Assembly: GCA_035996965.1 (NCBI GenBank)
Contig: DASYJB010000011.1
Coordinates: forward strand, 1 to 61,002
Reading direction: 5' to 3'
From: Casimicrobiaceae bacterium
GTDB taxonomy: Bacteria; Pseudomonadota; Gammaproteobacteria; Burkholderiales; Casimicrobiaceae
DNA: 61,002 nucleotides
A model generated the notes under the pieces. It had not been told where the DNA came from. It worked only from the letters and a program-made list of their open reading frames with translations, and made no database searches. Each line of letters starts with the position of its first letter. Position 1 is the first letter of the stretch. Below are positions 59,519 to 61,002 of this stretch, piece by piece. Both the position numbers and the translations under genes were made by a program.

Positions 59519-60162
59519 TGCGCTCGGCGCGGGCCACGCTCGATCATCTGGTCGTCGCCGCCGACACGCTGGATAGCGGCGAAGACTATCTCGATTCAGT
59601 GCTCGGGGTTCGGCCGCAGCGCGGCGGCAAGCATGCGGCGATGGGCACGCACAACAGCCTGCTCAAGCTCGGCGAGCGCTGCTATCTCGAGCTGATCGCG
59701 ATCGACCCCGATGCGGCGGCGCCGGCGCGGCCGCGATGGTTCGATCTGGACCGCCCGGCGATGCGGGCGCTCCTGGCGCAGCAACCGCGGCTGATCCACT
59801 GGGTTGCCCGCGCTGACGACATCGAAGCTGCGCGGCGCGCAAGTCCGATCGATCCCGGTCCGGTGCACGCAATGTCCCGCGGCGACTTCCGCTGGCGCAT
59901 CACCATACCCGACGACGGCGCCCGGCCCGGCGCGGGCGTGCTGCCGACGCTGATCCAGTGGGAGGATGCCCGGCATCCGGCCGACGCCATGACCGATGCC
60001 GGCGTGCGTATCGCCGCGTTTGCCGCGGCGCATCCGGAACCCGGGTCGATGCGCGCGGTGCTGGCCGCGCTGGGCTTGAGCGAGACGCTGAAAGTCACGT
60101 TCGACGCCGCGCCAAGGCTCGCCGCGATGCTGTCGACGCGCCGCGGCACCGTCACGCTTTAG
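59518..60162 (+). CDS. glyoxalase-like domain (VOC superfamily) protein
   Basis: The ATG at 59518 overlaps the upstream stop (TGATG). The motif is LDHLVVAADTLDSGEDYLDSVLGVRPQRGGKHAAMGTHNSLLKLGERCYLELIAIDP. Confidence 0.82.
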   Translation: MRSARATLDHLVVAADTLDSGEDYLDSVLGVRPQRGGKHAAMGTHNSLLKLGERCYLELIAIDPDAAAPARPRWFDLDRPAMRALLAQQPRLIHWVARADDIEAARRASPIDPGPVHAMSRGDFRWRITIPDDGARPGAGVLPTLIQWEDARHPADAMTDAGVRIAAFAAAHPEPGSMRAVLAALGLSETLKVTFDAAPRLAAMLSTRRGTVTL

Positions 60163-60289
60163 ACCGTCGTGCCCGCGGCCTTTAGTCCCCGCGACAGCGC
60201 GGAGGGAACCTGGTGTCGTTCCTGCGAGATCATCGGACGCGCGAGGAAAGTCGCTGGTTCCCCGCGCACGCGGGCATCACGCCAGAAAG

Positions 60290-61002
60290 CTAGGTCAGCG
60301 CGCCGCGCGCGGCAACCGGCCACAGCGCCTCGACTTGATCGTTGCGCACGGCGACGATCCAGTCGTAGAGATTGACCGTCGGATCGCAATGCCCCGGCAC
60401 CAGCTTGAGCCGGTCGCCGAGCTTCGGACCGGCGCTCCCCGCCGCAACGCGCACGACGCCGTGCTCGTCCGATGCCTTGGTCAGCTCCAGGCCCGGCGCG
60501 TCAGAGAAGAGCGGCATGCCGGAATCGACGGCGAATGCTTTCAGGCCCGCGTCGACGATCGCGCGATCGGGCGCGGGCGTGCTCATCACCGTCGTCCAGA
60601 CGAACAGGCTTTGCTCGAAGCGTGTCTCGTCGGCGTCGCGCTCGTTGCGACCGTAGTCGGCATCCATGAAGACATACGAGCCGGGCTGCAGCTCGTTGTA
60701 GACGCCGCTGTCGCGCTCGAGCGCGAAGGTCCCGGTGCCGGCGCCGGTCACCGTTCCGCAATCGATCCCGGCCCGCTCGATCAGCGATTTGGTCTCGGAG
60801 GCCAGCTCGGCCGCGCGCGCGATCGCCGCGCGCCGCTCGGCGGGTCGCCGCAGGTGTTGCGCCGCGCCGTGATAAGCATGCAGGCCGGCGAAGCGCAGCC
60901 CGGGCTCGCCGGCGATCGCGCCGGCCAGCTCGAGCGCGGGCGCGCCGGGCAGCACGCCGCAGCGATGCGCGCCGACGTCGACTTCGACCAGCACTTCGAT
61001 CG
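60290..61002 (-). CDS. DSD1-family PLP-dependent enzyme (D-threonine aldolase / D-serine dehydratase-like), 3' part; N-terminus lies beyond the window
   Basis: The alanine-racemase-type barrel continues past 61002. The C-terminal domain carries VPGHCDPTVNLYD. Confidence 0.82.
   Translation of the reverse strand, partial: IEVLVEVDVGAHRCGVLPGAPALELAGAIAGEPGLRFAGLHAYHGAAQHLRRPAERRAAIARAAELASETKSLIERAGIDCGTVTGAGTGTFALERDSGVYNELQPGSYVFMDADYGRNERDADETRFEQSLFVWTTVMSTPAPDRAIVDAGLKAFAVDSGMPLFSDAPGLELTKASDEHGVVRVAAGSAGPKLGDRLKLVPGHCDPTVNLYDWIVAVRNDQVEALWPVAARGALT

Noticed and set aside
60260-60283. A possible third copy of the REP-like element (CCCCGCGCACGCGGGCATCACGCC)
   Set aside because: Only the generic CCCGCG/CGCGGG palindrome is shared. 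The diagnostic ATGCGACCC tail is absent.

Overview
This is a high-GC, densely packed, core-chromosome window with beta-proteobacterium-like synteny (an inference from gene order). I call 57 protein-coding genes plus one apparently frameshifted small ORF. I recognised no rRNA, tRNA, CRISPR array, transposase, integrase or phage gene. In order, the window contains: pilMNOPQ (- strand) divergent from mrcA; hemB; engB divergent from a dihaem cytochrome c4; and a MOSC protein. Next comes an LPS/dTDP-rhamnose block (rfbBACD, a UDP-sugar epimerase, a GT2 glycosyltransferase, divergent waaC-waaA). A same-strand MFP-RND-(Pcm-like methyltransferase)-TolC efflux cluster follows, then a livKHMGF-type ABC importer. 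After that come hemF-nudF-acyP, purD, purH, fis-dusB, ubiH-family, pepP and a divergent 5-formyl-THF cyclo-ligase. The pyruvate dehydrogenase cluster aceE-aceF-(small ORF)-lpdA is next, followed by a 468-aa orphan membrane-anchored protein. The remainder is rpiA, proA, a CDF transporter, DUF924, an NhaP-type antiporter, nadD-rsfS-rlmH-maf-rng, a PHB-depolymerase-family esterase, two VOC proteins and a partial DSD1-family PLP enzyme. I see no convincing multi-gene novel system such as a defence island or accessory island. The observations most worth a second look are these. (1) A small signal-peptide ORF between aceF and lpdA whose coding signal changes frame at a (CG)5 tract. (2) A 210-nt, roughly 95% identical lipoyl-domain cassette that heads both aceF and lpdA. 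(3) A heavily structured 250-nt engB-hemB spacer carrying an orphan + strand terminator-like hairpin. (4) Two uncharacterised proteins (7765-8376 and 47684-49090). Many long ORFs in the six-frame track are antisense shadow frames typical of high-GC DNA and were rejected. Start codons were chosen by homology-like N-termini, ATGA overlaps and RBS. All are unverified by computation.
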